DNA of 64,000 bases. It comes from Antedon mediterranea. Lineage: Eukaryota; Animalia; Echinodermata. Location of the stretch: positions 588,201 to 652,200 of the forward strand of contig NC_092679.1 in assembly GCF_964355755.1 (NCBI RefSeq), in the 5' to 3' direction. Below are positions 27,399-41,445 of this stretch, piece by piece. The translations under genes were made by a program, and so were the position numbers. The notes beneath the pieces were generated by a model. The model was not told the origin of the DNA. It worked only from the letters and a program-made list of their open reading frames with translations, and made no database searches. How positions within the stretch are numbered: the stretch's first letter is position 1; each line of letters opens with the position of its first letter.

Positions 27399-28960
27399 AG
27401 AAGTATAATACAACCGTTAAACTCTTATATTCACGACCGAATTGTTTTAGGTCCGAAAATTTACTTACTGCAGAATTCTAATTCTTACAATTTTTGAGTG
27501 GCTATGAAGAAGGCCCGACGGCTTAACATCCAAAATGAAGTATGATGCAAATCTAACGCAAAACAGGCTTAGCACATAAGATATTTTCAAGTGCCTATGA
27601 AGAAGGTCCGACGGCTTAACGTCCAAGATAGAGCACGTTGCAGATCTGAAGAAAAACAAGCTCTGAGCACATAGCAACAGCAGCAACATTTTTCCTCTAC
27701 TGGCTTTCGATACAGAACATTAGTATTCTGTAAACACTTCTTAAAATAAATTAAGAATATTAAACTAAATGAACCTATTAGATTAAAGGCAATTTAATTA
27801 ACAGTAAACAATATGCGTGTCATTAGGTTGACGGCATGACAACACACAATTAGCACCTTGTCCAAATTGACTACAGAAACCAACCAACGCTAACAGACGT
27901 TTGTCAAAAGTATGTCATTGAAAGAGTGAAACAATAAAAACATTCCGAAATATTAATTAAAAACAGTGCTGTTATGTTATAAAGGTGATTACAGTGATAT
28001 TATATAACAGATGACATTTTTAAATGGCAAAAAAAAAAAAAAAAGAAACGTAAAAAAGTTCGTGTGAGACTGACAATTGTTTTTTTTATTCCTTAATATG
28101 GGATAGAATTTAATTGCAAAATAAATATACTAATATATTTTATTGTAATGTACTTTACGACTTATATCTTACATTTTCACTTAACTTAACCAGGATAAAT
28201 TAAGTCATGCTGAATCAATATAATTATTTGTTATCATAAAGACGAGTTATTTTGAATTAATAAAAGCATAACGGGAAACCAAACCAAAGTGTTTTGTTTT
28301 TATTTCTTTTTCCTAAATTAATCTACTTATTTATTTACTTATCAAAAACAAAAGGAACAAAAACAACCAACAAAGACTATTAGAATGCAATTCTAAAAAT
28401 ATTTAAATTTAGTTATTTTTAGATTCCATTATCTACCAGTTAAAATTCACAAATTAGTTAGAATCCTCATGAACTATTAATAATTCTGTGTTTGTTCTAG
28501 ATTACTTTTACAGTTAACACTGTTGCATTAACCTAATTTGATATTTATTTAAATTCATTTTTAAAAACAGGTGAATGAAAACTGAATTAACTGCTTATAC
28601 AACTAGTTCTGTTAAGCGTCCAGATGGTTGTTATATCATACTGTACACAATTACCAGTTACAAATACTAGTTACCAATACCAATTACCAATACCAGTTAC
28701 CAGCAACAAGCTACCAGTTACTAGGTACCAGTTAAAATAAATGCCAGTGGTGCTTAGTATCTTCCATTTTAGGCAGAGATGTTTTAGTTTGTGATTGTTA
28801 GAAAATAGGAAGTGATAATACTATTAGTGTTAAAACTAAAACAGTGGTGCAGCTGGATGTTGCCATCTCTTAACTATGATTATCTTGGTTCAAATCCATG
28901 TGCTCAGCCCATGTTCTTGTACATGATACATTCATTTATGTTTTATACATTCACTTACAT

Positions 28961-29029
28961 TCATGTTGTTTCTTTTTTACCAATATCTTTCAAAGACAAC
29001 TTTCCGGATCCTCTTTGTAATGGTTGAGC
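28961..29029 (-). CDS. NDUFAF5: NDUFAF5 last coding exon (AQPLQRGSGKLSLKDIGKKETT*)
   Basis: tttttttttgcAG acceptor. Resembles the C-terminal AxPxxRGSxxxSxxDxG motif. In-frame TGA at 28961-28963. Confidence 0.88.
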   Translation of the reverse strand, partial: AQPLQRGSGKLSLKDIGKKETT

Positions 29030-31039
29030 CTGCAAAAAAAAATGAATGCGATGAATTGTAGTTTTACCAATACATTATTTATAATTACATTACATCACAT
29101 GTATAAACTTAATTAGACTTGCCCTAAGTCTATAGTTGTTGTACTATTGTATGTTTAGTCCAACAGCCAGCTTTTTAATTCTTTCCAGAAAACTCAAGTG
29201 TTATATGAAATATATAACCTTAATATAATTTCATTTGGATCTTAATATCATACTAATATTTAGTACTTTCGATCTATTAAAAAAAAGACAAAAAAAATTT
29301 CTTCTGAAATATAGCCTATAATGTATGATAAATATAATATAATATGTGTGCCTTAAAGGAAAGATTTTGATTTTGATAAAACATTTTTACCGTTGTTTTT
29401 AAACATAATATTGGTGTTATTTGACCTCTGTAAAACTACAGTGTAATATGAAATATTTATTATTTTATATTTGAATCTTATAAAGTAAATTATAATTTGC
29501 ACAGGATGTTGGCAGATCCTTGCGACTAAATCATCATTTAAATCGTTCTTAAAAGATGCTGCTTATTACAAATTGACTTAATTTCTATCACATACTTAAA
29601 CATTTGTACACTAATGCCTTGGTGTCTATTTTCACATTACACAGATTTCTGTGAGTACAGATTCTGCTGCACAGATCCTTTGATACTGAACACGGACGAT
29701 TTGGTTACAAACAACTTGCAGAATTACATAATATGTATATGGACGAAATAATGATTCTTGAAAAGACCTACTCAAATATTGAGACGTGAGAACTCAGCAT
29801 TTTGCAATTAATACAAAAATATTGATAAACGGATGAATTTAATAAGATGAATGATGTATATTTGAATATTAAATAAGACATAATACCATATTCAGCTCAT
29901 GTTATTAAGCATGAGACATAGTAAAATAAATACCATATTCAGCTCATAAGTATGTGGCATATAGTAAAACAATACAATATGCAGCTCATGTTATTAGGCA
30001 TGAAACTTATACAGTGTTTAGAAATCAATTCTGGACAATTAAGCACGATACCAACTCTATGATGAATCTAATCTACCGGTATTCATTAATATAAATAAAT
30101 AAATGTCCTACAGTATGTTTTACCTTTATCAATCCAGATAGCCTGTCATTACTATTGTTAACATTTGATGGCTATACCACTATTAGACAGGATTTTATTT
30201 TAACATTTTTGTTTAAATCCTGGTTGGAGGCAATTTTTTCCAGTTAAAGTTGATGGGGGGGGGGGGGGGGGTAAATCGGGATGGAGGTAAATCTTGATGG
30301 CAAAACTAGCTTCGATAAAAACATTGATAGTAAAAAAAGTACCACATATTCAGATTATGTAATGTACAGTATATGAATCAATCATCAATAGCAAAGGAAA
30401 GGCACTACTCTCTAAGACAATAATCCAGTTTAAACTTATTCTCTCTTTTTTAACTTATTATATAAATGTTATCTAAGTTCATTTTAACCAGTATTTTCAT
30501 TTAAAAAAACCTATGCGATAGCTTTAGTTTAATGATGTATTGAGATAGCTTAGTTTAATGATGTATGACTACATTCATTATGTTTGTTAACTTGCCTGAT
30601 AAATTATTTAATAATACTAATAAAAGCAGTATTATTTTATAGATGTAATTATATTTAAACTGTGGTTTACGAGTCTTGTAACGAATAAATTTATTTATAA
30701 ACATATTGCTATTGGATGACAATATCAACATTGTCCCACAAAGGGGACATTGTTGTTTTTCAAAAGGTCCAGCATAAAAGCTAACAACATACATGATTAT
30801 ATAATACATCGTTTCTTAAAAATAGTAAAAAATGTTAAAATTAAATAGTCTAAAATAATACTAAAATGTGAAAACCATACATTAAAAATATACAAAATTA
30901 TGATTAAAAATCCAAGTCAACAAAGATGTTCATAAAATTATATAATAAATAATGTTAACTGAAATCTTAGCATTTCTCAATAGATATTTAGTTTTGATTT
31001 TAGTTTTGTGTTAATTATTGTACAGTCAAGTAAACCAGT

Positions 31040-31170
31040 GGTTAACATATTGGCGCTACATAATATCGGTACAGGTTAACATATTGGCACTGCATAATAT
31101 CGGTACAGGTTAACATATTGGCGCTGCATAATATCGGTACAGGTTAACATATTGGCACTGCATAATATCG
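31040..31170. repeat. 34-bp tandem repeat x4
   Basis: GGTTAACATATTGGCRCTGCATAATATCGGTACA. Confidence 0.9.
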
Positions 31171-31192
31171 AATTAAATTTTAGAAAGAGTAG

Positions 31193-32199
31193 GGGGTAAC
31201 CTATGGAACGCCTCCTCTGCCTTCAGTTCACATTTATCATGCATTACACACCAATCGTCATGCAGTACACACCAATGGTCATGCAGTACACACCAATGGT
31301 CATGCAGTACACACCAATCGTCATGCAGTACACACCAAACGTCATGCAGTACACACCAATCGTCATGCAGTACACACCAATCGTCATGCAGTACACACCA
31401 AACGTCATGCAGTACACACCAATCGTCATGCAGTACACACCAATCGTCATGCAGTACACACCAATCGTCATGCAGTACACACCAATCGTCATGCAGTACA
31501 CACCAAACATCATGCAGTACACACCAATCGTCATGCAGTACACACCAAACGTCATGCACTACACACCAATCGTCATGCAGTACACACCAATCGTCATGCA
31601 GTACACACCAATCGTCATGCAGTACACACCAAACATCATGCAGTACACACCAAACGTCATGCAGTACACACCAATCGTCATGCAGTACACACCAATCGTC
31701 ATGCAGTACACACCAATCGTCATGCAGTACACACCAATCGTCATGCAGTCAAATATTGCATAATCTATACCGCCACCTATCGACAAAATCGAATATCAGG
31801 TGACGTTTATTAGACGGCTGTAAAACTAAGGCTATACAAATGTTATACTACAGCAACTCACGCTGTCTACTACTACACCGCACATGCTTTACGTCCTATA
31901 GATTCCAAGATTTCTTTAATAGTTTTTTCAAGCCATTTTAGTTATAAAGCACGTGCGGTGTAGTAGTAGACATCGAGTTGCTGTAGTATAATGTTTGAAT
32001 AGCCTTAGTTTTACAGCCGTCTAATAAACGTCACGTGATATTCGATTTTGTCGATAGGTGGCGGTATAAATTACGCAATATTTGACTGCATGACGATTGG
32101 TGTGTACTGCATGACGATTGGTGTGTACTGCATGACGATTGGTGTGTACTGCATGATAAATGTGAACTGAAGGCAGAGGAGGCGTTCCATAGTAACCCC
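31193..32199. mobile_element. Foldback-type element with long TIRs containing a 21-bp minisatellite
   Basis: 31193-31891 and 31944-32199 are reverse complements (GGGG..CTATGGAACGCCTCCTCTGCCTTCAGTTCACATTTATCATGCA...) separated by a ~52-bp spacer. The left arm has 24 repeat units and the right arm has 3. Confidence 0.88.
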
Positions 32200-32681
32200 A
32201 TTGTCTAAGACCATGACTAATAATTACGGAAACTACTATGTACGAAACAAGATTAAATTAAATTAAATTAATATGTACAAGACAGTTCAATAAACTCAAT
32301 ATATAAAAAAAATGAAAAATAGAAACATGAGGCCTTGGCCTGGTATAGATGATAGCACACAGCAGCAACAATTCATCTGGGTAAAATAATAATATGGACT
32401 GTTGTCTATATGACTTGATTGATAGAATTCATAACATGTATACATAGTAATTACATAAGATCAAGTATTTACTTCTATATCATTAAATATTAATAACTAT
32501 AAATGTACTCTAACACAACGTCGTCAGTAAAAATTACTTTATTGGTGCCGATTCACACTCATGGGATTAACAACAAAACAAATACAAACATATTCCATTG
32601 AAACTCAAGCTTGGAGAGGATAACATGCTTCTCCCAAATTTAACAACATCTTTTCAAATTGAGTTCACGACATGACTCTAA

Positions 32682-32819
32682 AGATGTCTACACTATAAAA
32701 TCTTATGTGACAAAAAAGTGTGATATGCCCAAATATGGTAGTGATGTGACATCATCATGTCCATATATGGGCACATCACATTTTATTGTCACATAAAGTT
32801 TGATAGTGTAAACAGAGCT
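32682..32819. mobile_element. MITE family A copy with TAA target-site duplication
   Basis: TAA at 32679-81 and 32820-22. Confidence 0.85.
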
Positions 32820-34022
32820 TAAGTGATTATTTAAAAATGATTCTACTAAAGTTTAATGTCAAGCCTATAGCCTCAAGCAGATGTGATGCTAAAGAGGTCT
32901 AACCATTTAGAACTAACTGGTCTAGCCTTATAATTCTGTTTTGCCCATTTTGTGGACAAACAAACCCCAAACTGTAAAACTGGCTACGGGCTCGATTGTA
33001 TCATTTGTAATCTAGTTGAATTAATTAATAAACGAAACAAAATAAAAAACAAATTATGACAAAAGCTTCTAGAAAAGCTTTTTAAAAGCTGAACAGACAG
33101 CAGACAGTAATGGTAGACAAACAGCAACCAAGAACCGGATGCAAATTAATACAGCATTCATTGAATGACTTGGCCTAGATTAATATATATTGTTTCTCCT
33201 TATGAATATTTTATAATTTTCTTAAGACTGATTGCATGTTTACAAATTAACATGTAATCCAAAATTAAATGTTGATTTGGAATGGCATCTAGTGTGGGGT
33301 GATTGCATAACAAAAAGAAAATGGCAGACATGTTTTTTAAATACTTTTAATTCTATATGCAATTTCATTAGTTTTAATTAGTGTAATAACCGTACCAAAA
33401 TTCACATTTCAATTAACATAAGAAATTGAATACCCTATTGTTATTTTAAAAAGATCTTTTAATATTTGCATTTTCATAATTAAATGTCAACTAACTTATG
33501 TCAATATAATAACAACTAAATTGGGATTTCATATTGAGTTGAATGCATATTAGAAATGGAAAAATATATGAATTGGCTCATTTTAAAAACAATTCAAACG
33601 TGTGACTCAGGTATACTAATACACCATATATGGTGGAGTAGCTCTAGGCTAATAATGCTAAATAATGATTTTATTAGAATAATGACAATTTCATGTTTTC
33701 TATTGTCTGTATAATGTATGCATTTCATCAGCCTTTGGCTGGCTCTCCTATGACTTAAATACATCTTAAATTATTATGATATTAATAAATAAATGTTTAA
33801 CTGTTGCTATGAATAGAGGTGAATTGCCTAAGCTTAGAGACCCGACAAATTCTCTATTTAAAAAAAACCTTATAAGCAGCAACATGGCTGGCAACAACTT
33901 TGCTCCTGAGCCGCTATAACTAATAACTGAATTTCAATTTTAGATTTAATATTAAACAGGTAATGATACTTTGTGAATACTATAAGATGGTATGATATAT
34001 ACCGTACTATGTCAATACTTAC

Positions 34023-34105
34023 TTGTGATTTGTCAGGCTTCCAACCAATCATAAAATAGAGTTCAAATGTAGCGGGAACTGTACCATCTTCATTTCCATA
34101 CATGT
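34023..34105 (-). CDS. NDUFAF5: NDUFAF5 coding exon (83 nt; (D)MYGNEDGTVPATFELYFMIGWKPDKSQ)
   Basis: Within ORF 33870..34124. cttttcttAG acceptor, GTAAGT donor. MYxNEDGxVPAT...MIGWK motif. Confidence 0.95.
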
Positions 34106-34160
34106 CTAAGAAAAGGAAAGTCACTAGTTTTAAACTCTGAAAAGTAATAACGGTATCAAA

Positions 34161-34440
34161 TGGCTGAGCGGTTTAGGCAGGGGCGTCGCAAATGAGACAC
34201 TCCTCAACAATTGATCTGGTGGTAGAACAAGTCTTCTAAACTGCATGACCAGTGTACACATCTTGCTCATGTGCACTTAAAGAACCCAGTGCATCCTTCA
34301 GAAGAGTATGGGGTCAATGCTCATGTGCACTTAAAGAACCCAGTGCATCCTTCAGAAGAGTATGGGGTCACCATGGTTTTATATTCCATCTCAGTCCATG
34401 TCATTCATGCTACAGTCGGTGTTGCACTGACGCTGCAATG
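34161..34440 (+). mobile_element. tRNA-derived SINE with Deu-like core and an internal 51-bp duplication
   Basis: A-box-like TGGCTGAGCGG. Core GTGCACTTAAAGAACCCAGTGCATCCTTCAGAAGAGTATGGGGTCA is present twice. Homologous to 15171-15400. Confidence 0.72.
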
Positions 34441-34447
34441 GGTCTGT

Positions 34448-35184
34448 AGATCCTAATCTTATCATAATGAAGATCCTAATCTTATCATAATGAAGATCCT
34501 AATCTTATCATAATGAAGATCCTAATCTTATCATAAATGAGATCCTAATCTTATCATAATCAAGATCCTAATCTTATCATAATCAAGATCCTAATCTTAT
34601 CATAATCAAGATTCTAATCTTATCATAATCAAGATCCTAATCTTATCATAATCAAGATCCTAATCTTATCATAATCAAGATCCTAATCTTATCATAATCA
34701 AGATTCTAATCTTATCATAATCAAGATCCTTCTCTTATCATAATCAAGATCCTAATCTTATCATAATCAAGATCCTAATCTTATCATAATCAAGATCCTA
34801 ATCTTATCATAATCAAGATCCTAATCTTATCATAATCAAGATCCTAATCTTATCATAATCAAGATCCTAATCTTATCATAATCAAGATTCTAATCTTATC
34901 ATAATCAAGATCCTTCTCTTATCATAATCAAGATCCTAATCTTATCATAATCAAGATCCTAATCTTACCATAATCAAGATCCTAATCTTATCATAATCAA
35001 GATCCTAATCTTATCATAATCAAGATCCTAATCTTATCATAATCAAGATCCTAATCTTATCATAATCAAGATTCTAATCTTATCATAATCAAGATCCTTC
35101 TCTTATCATAATCAAGATCCTAATCTTATCATAATCAAGATCCTAATCTTACCATAATCAAGATCCTAATCTTATCATAATCAA
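34448..35184. repeat. 23-bp minisatellite (GATCCTAATCTTATCATAATCAA)
   Basis: About 32 units with recurring variant units. Confidence 0.94.
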
Positions 35185-36175
35185 TGTATATGACTATATA
35201 ACACCCACTCCAATCCAGCTTAAGCAATATAAAACAACTACCTAGGGAACCTAATACAACCATTAGACAACATCACTAACAGGATCTACTCAAGGCCTTC
35301 TGGGATAGATATCCTCCACATGGAATCAGCCATTAATTAAACCAGACGTGTGGATTCACTCGAACCCAATCTAATCTTTAGGGCTCTACTGGTGAGATTG
35401 TGTGAATGTCAAACCATGCTAAGTTATTCTTAATGTGATTTTATGTGGGTTCTATAAATAAACTACTTTAGCCAAACAATACATGTGATTGATCAACTGA
35501 TGAAGAAGTATTCCACATGATGATATGTGACACTGTATTATAGAATTTGCCTATGAAACACTGGACATAATGGTATGAGGAGATACAATAGAGAGAATAA
35601 ACTTTGATATAATACTGGCATAACATGTGATATATGTGACACTCTTATTACAGAATTTGCCTATGACACAGGACATATCATGAGGAGATACAGTACAGAG
35701 AATCCGGTAAATCATGGACTAAATACTTCCTTCACATATAAAATACAGAATAAAATTACAATTTGTTATAACATAACATCAAATGATATAAACATTTGTA
35801 CATGAATTTGCACAATTAAAATGTTATATCCATAAGCAACAGAACCATAAAAACGACTAATATGCTGAATTTAGGTTAAAGATGTATATTTCATTTATGA
35901 TTATACAAAAATTGAAAGCAATGCAAATGATATGTCTTGAATTAGTTTTATTGCTATTATGATTTGTGCCACTGAATGGCCCAGGGCAGGATCTGTTGAA
36001 TATAAATAGCATCCTCTATCTTTGTCAAAAATGCTGTTTTATTTTTTAAGTATATTATCATGTACTTAAAATTGTTCCTAGCAGCAGTTTATTTGTTTCT
36101 AGTTAGTTTCAGAGAGCAAAATAAATGAGGATAGGTTCTTTTTCGAAGTGCATAGAAGCCAGATGTATACACCAG

Positions 36176-36350
36176 CAGCCATATTCACCAATCACACTTA
36201 AGTGAGATACTTCCCTTAAATATTAAGTATTTCACTTAACTTAATAAATATTTAAGTATATCCCTTAAATTGTATTCACTTAGATAAAAGATTTTTTAAT
36301 TTTAAAGGTAAGTATTCCCTTAGCTTAAGTGTGAATGGTGAATACGGCCA
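36176..36350. mobile_element. MITE with TIR GCC[G/A]TATTCACCA.TCACACTTAAG and CAG flanks
   Basis: Inverted ends at 36178-36201 and 36324-36349; CAG on both sides. Confidence 0.7.
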
Positions 36351-36450
36351 CAGTACTCCAATGACTTGAACCAGTGCCAATGTTATCTGGCTTGCAATGG
36401 CACCTTAATCACTCTACCACTTGATTCCCAAGTAAGAAACCAAGGTGTAC

Positions 36451-36592
36451 CTTTGTATATGGCTGCAGCTGCAGCTTGTGTGTCGCGGTGTAACAGTTTC
36501 CTAGACCATGATGCATTGTTCTCAGCCATACCTTTTAGATCTGACATGACCTCAAACATTGTGGGATAGTTCACTGTGATCTCATCAACATC
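36451..36592 (-). CDS. NDUFAF5: NDUFAF5 coding exon (142 nt; [47 protein letters not shown])
   Basis: Overlaps ORF 36383..36574. tttttaAG acceptor, GTACAC donor. Conserved DEIxVNYPxMFE...LHRDTxxAAAAxY. Confidence 0.93.
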
Positions 36593-36848
36593 CTTAAAAA
36601 TAAAAACCTTAAATTAATTAAACATTCATCTTTGCATAGCTTTTAGCTATATGGCATCAATTGACATTTGGGCATAGGAGGCATACACTGAATAAATAAG
36701 AGGGTACACACAAAGCAAAATGCTTTAAATGAAGTCCACAATAATAATAATTAATGGTTATGTACATTAATGATGGTGCCAGCATTCATTTGTACACAAC
36801 TAGTACAACTTGTACACAAAGCCATAAATATGTACAATTATAAATTAA

Positions 36849-37274
36849 ATGTTATACAGTATATATATATATACTATTCACAGAATGTTATACAGTATAT
36901 ATATATACTATTCACAGAATGTTATACAGTATATATACTATTCACAGAATGTTATACAGTATATATACTATTCACAGAATGTTATACAGTATATATACTA
37001 TTCACAGAATGTTATACAGTATATATACTATTCACAGAATGTTATACAGTATATATACTATTCACAGAATGTTATACAGTATATATATATACTATTCACA
37101 GAATGTTATACAGTATATATACTATTCACAGAATGTTATACAGTATATATATATACTATTCACAGAATGTTATACAGTATATATATATACTATTCACAGA
37201 ATGTTATACAGTATATATATATACTATTCACAGAATGTTATACAGTATATATATATACTATTCACAGAATGTTA
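36849..37274. repeat. 30-34-bp minisatellite (ATGTTATACAG(TA)nCTATTCACAGA)
   Basis: About 13 units with a variable internal TA count. Confidence 0.93.
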
Positions 37275-38240
37275 TTCTATAGTAGTTTTTACACGATACT
37301 TTTTAATCATTACATTTTTATACATTCTGAATGTTGTGCAGTTTTTTACTTGATGTTTTATTCTATTTTTCAATGTCGTTTGTATGTATTTTATATAAGT
37401 TTTTTCAATGCCTAGAGCTTTTTATCGTTTTTAATTTGTATCCAGTTTTTCTGTCTTATATCACAAGCAACATATTTTGTTTTTATACCTATATTTGAAA
37501 ACACAACAAATATAACTTGAACTTGATTTACCATAAATTTAAATACCACATTAGATTTATTCTCTATTGTACATACTATCTAATGATTGTTAACAATGTT
37601 TCTGTATCTTGGTGCAGGGAATGGGTTGATCTAGGCCCCAGTTGATAAATAATCTTGCATTACATCGCTTTTATCTCAATGGAAAGCTCTTAAATCCTTA
37701 TTAAATTTGATTATGCAGGCTTTGTATTTGGTGAAAAAACTAAAACAAATTGTAATAAATATTTATTTTCTTGATACATATAGTACATTTTCTGATGACA
37801 TTGAGAAATTAGAATAACTATGTAGACACTATTCTGTCATAATAAAACATTAATGTTTTAATTTATAAACATCTTTTGGTGTTAAATGTTAAAGATTGAT
37901 GAGTGCTAAAGCAAATGTCGTTATCAATAACATTTTAATGTAGTATTTTGGGTTAATTAATATTTAAATATTTATGGTCACAGTCTCAATTGATTTTAAA
38001 CATTTATATTTAAAGTTAACTGATATTTATAAATAAATATTTAAATATATTAGTAATAGTTCTATGTGTAATAAGTCTATGTTTAACATAGAAAACTTTT
38101 AACTTAATGTATTATATTTAGGATAATGACTCATATATTTATATGGATACCCAGATACAGATACTAGTATACATACTTTTTTATTTTTTTACATTTATTC
38201 ATTTGACATTTATCTTTTTGTTAACCTGCATTATAGTAAT

Positions 38241-38383
38241 GATCTGTCTACATTATCAAACTTTATGTGGCAAGAAATGTTATGTGCCCATATATGGACA
38301 TGATGATGTCATATCACTACTGTGTTTTGGCATATCACTACCATATTTGGGCACATGACTAGTTTGATAGTGTGGACAGAGCT
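38241..38383. mobile_element. MITE family A copy
   Basis: Both TIRs are recognisable. Confidence 0.8.
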
Positions 38384-39791
38384 TTACTATAAAGTTTTTT
38401 TTTAATTTATTTTATTTTAACAATATTTAATGAGGGGGGTCCATCCAGCCGACGCTGTTCAAGCGATCCTCAAAACAATACAATTTGTTTACAATATATT
38501 TTGCTTTTTTGACAATCTTCAAGAAACAAGATGTTTGTTATTGGATAATTTGTGTTTTCTGTGAAATAAATGAATTTGAAAGCAACATCAAAATGATGAA
38601 ATATACTCAACTGAAAACAGAAGTCAAAAGAGGGGGCTATACTAGTGCTAGATTTTTCATTTGAAGGAAATATTAAATTAAAATAAAAACCAATGTATTG
38701 TACCAACAAATTATTGGTATTTATTAGTAACATTTTTTTGTATAAAAAGGAATAAAAATGATTTATTATTGACCCTGAATGAACAATATCCCTTTAAATA
38801 CTAAAATTATTCAATCTTAAATATATTCTGGTTTTCTGTGTAAATTCATCAAGTCTTAATTTACAACATTGCAGACAAGAAATAAATTTTCATTAAAGTT
38901 TTATCATTTCAGATCTTAACAAAGATTCAATGAGGTTTTCGGGAAAGAACATAGAAAAGAAGACTCCCTTAAGTACGTACTCATCATTAAGTAAATCACT
39001 ATATTTTCATATAAATACAATTTGTATTAATAAAGGCCAAATCCACCACTGAATATTCATTAGCCAATTTCATTCAGTAAATTTCTAATAAATATGTTTT
39101 GTGTCGCGGTAGGACAAAGGTCCAACTGGCAAATCTTTTTCTGTGGTTCAGAACAAATATAGTTTTACAAAACACAAAATTTGTTTTTAAAATTGCTTTT
39201 AAAGACGTGTGAAGCGACCATTACAGTGCAAGTATAAAAGCAATTTATTATATTGATGAAAAACAGATTAAATGTCCAAAAGCTTAGAATAAATGTCAAT
39301 AAGTTTAAAGTGGTTTACACACAAATTTCCTATACAATTGTATATCTATACTAAATGCAAAAAAAAAAGCTTCAGAAATATAATATGTTTAAGACGCAAT
39401 CACAAATAAAATCAACCATGCATGTTGTGAATTTTTTGTTCATTTTATCAATGTTAAAAAGGGTAGTTTTATATCTTTCCTATTACTGTAATGTATATTT
39501 ATTTATCATTGGAATGAAATATATTCAGTAAAGACATTCCTGTTATATTAAATTAAGAAGAAAAATATAGGAAGATGTTAAAGATGATGAATCAATATCA
39601 GTGGGCTGCTGCTGATAATTCTGATAATGGTCGAGCTAATGATTAGATTTTATTAGATAAGATTAAATGAATTGATGGCAATGGCGATAGGTAGAGGGAA
39701 AGATTGATATCTATAAAGATTAATACTGTACACAGTTAAAATTAAGGTATTAAGTATTATATATATCTTTGAACTTGTGTTAATATTTAAA

Positions 39792-39998
39792 AGTGGTCCT
39801 TAAGTCAGTGTAAACGTTTTAGTAAGTATTGTATATCTTTGGTGTTACTGTTTCCAAGTGGTCTTTAAGTCAGTGTAAAAGTTTTAGTAAGTGTTGTATA
39901 TCTTTGGTGTTACTGTTTCCAAGTGGTCTTCAAGTCAGTGTAAAAGTTTTAGTAAGTGTCGTATATCTTTGGTGTTACTGTTTCCAAGTGGTCCTTAA
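39792..39998. repeat. 65-bp tandem triplication
   Basis: AAGTGGTCYTTAAGTCAGTGTAAA.GTTTTAGTAAGT..TGTATATCTTTGGTGTTACTGTTTCC x3. Confidence 0.88.
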
Positions 39999-40410
39999 GA
40001 GGGCAGACTAGAAGTAGAAAAGTAAATGGGTGCTATTTGTGCATTTAATGACTGTAAATAAATTATGTAAATTTCACAGAAATCATTTAATTTTAACTTT
40101 AAAATTTCTATGAAATTGTAAATAATTGTATTGAATTTTTATCATTACCGTAATAATATATCTTCAAGAAAATACAATTTAGAAAACGTGACCGAGTGTA
40201 ATTGAACACAATTTCCATATAGATCAAAAGGTTAAATTGTGTAGATGGAAGAATTCCATTTTTGAAATTAAATGTTTAAATCATTTTCTATTTTTACGAT
40301 TTACTGGCTAATATGCGCTTGCTTTAAACTTAAATTATTTATTAATTTATTAAAATAAAACCACTCTATATTTTAAATTAACAATAAACGTGAATGAAAT
40401 TTAAACGTAC

Positions 40411-40497
40411 TACAGTTAGCAGCGTGAATCCTGCACGGGTAAGGAGGCTTCCGAGGTCACGAAGATCAGTAAAAGGTGAAACATGAGGTGAAAATCC
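40411..40497 (-). CDS. NDUFAF5: NDUFAF5 coding exon (87 nt; [29 protein letters not shown])
   Basis: ttttttttcgcAG acceptor, GTACGT donor. GFSPHxSPF...DLGxLLxRAGF motif. Confidence 0.95.
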
Positions 40498-41319
40498 CTG
40501 CGAAAAAAAAGGATTTAAATGATGAGCATACATGATTGAAAAGAATAAATTTTGTGATCTTTAAAATAAAGTAATATAAATGGTACACAGTGCTTCAAGG
40601 GGATTTTATTTGATAAGCTGAGAATTTTGAGAATAAAAAAATAAGTTCTTATACTGTGAGCTGTCAGTGACATAATCACATCTTGAAAATGCCTTTCGCA
40701 AGCGTTAAATAAAGTTAAAATGCCTTCTGCAAGCGTTGAATAAACTCACAGTAGACAAATGTCCTAAAACTATCTTGCAGCAATTTAACCATAAACCTAC
40801 AGGTTTATCATTCATTACAGTATTATTATCTTAATAATGACATATCTATGCAAAATCTACCTAATCTTTATTGTAATCCTTTTAATGTATTTAAATTTTG
40901 TGCGCTTCAATTTTTAATCAATAAGTATTTGTCTGAATGTATGAAGTAAATAATATGTTATATTTGTGACATCTTGTACGATTCAGATGTTTGATTGATG
41001 TTGTTGCTAAGTAGAAGACTATCACCTTTAGAAACTCTTCTTTATTATACTTGCAAAATAAGGTAGTAAAGTAAGTAAATACTTAACAAAAGACATGAAT
41101 ACTTAGTTAAGTAAGCACATTTATTCATGCAAGTGGTTGGTACCATAGTTTGACTAAGATCCAAACATTGGTCTAAAGTATTGTAGCAGTGCTCATGCAA
41201 TGGTAGGTACCATAGTTTCACTTACAAACATAGTTTAAAGCTCAAATAAAGCATTACAGACCAATAATAATAATAATAATAATAGACCAATATTAGTAGT
41301 TTTAAGCTTTGATTTCTAA

Positions 41320-41445
41320 AGCTCTGTCTACACTATCAAACTATTTTGACCCAAAAAAGTGTGATGTGCCCAAACATGGTAGTGATATGACATCATCATG
41401 CCCATATATGGCCACATCACGTTATGTTGTCACATTTCGAAAACT
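41320..41445. mobile_element. MITE family A copy (right end degenerate)
   Basis: Perfect left TIR AGCTCTGTCTACACTATCAAACT. Confidence 0.8.

Noticed and set aside
28843-28910. tRNA-like sequence (B-box GGTTCAAATCC) just downstream of the NDUFAF5 stop; similar at ~48985-49035 and ~53915-53950
   Set aside because: No complete cloverleaf; more likely decayed SINE heads than tRNA genes.
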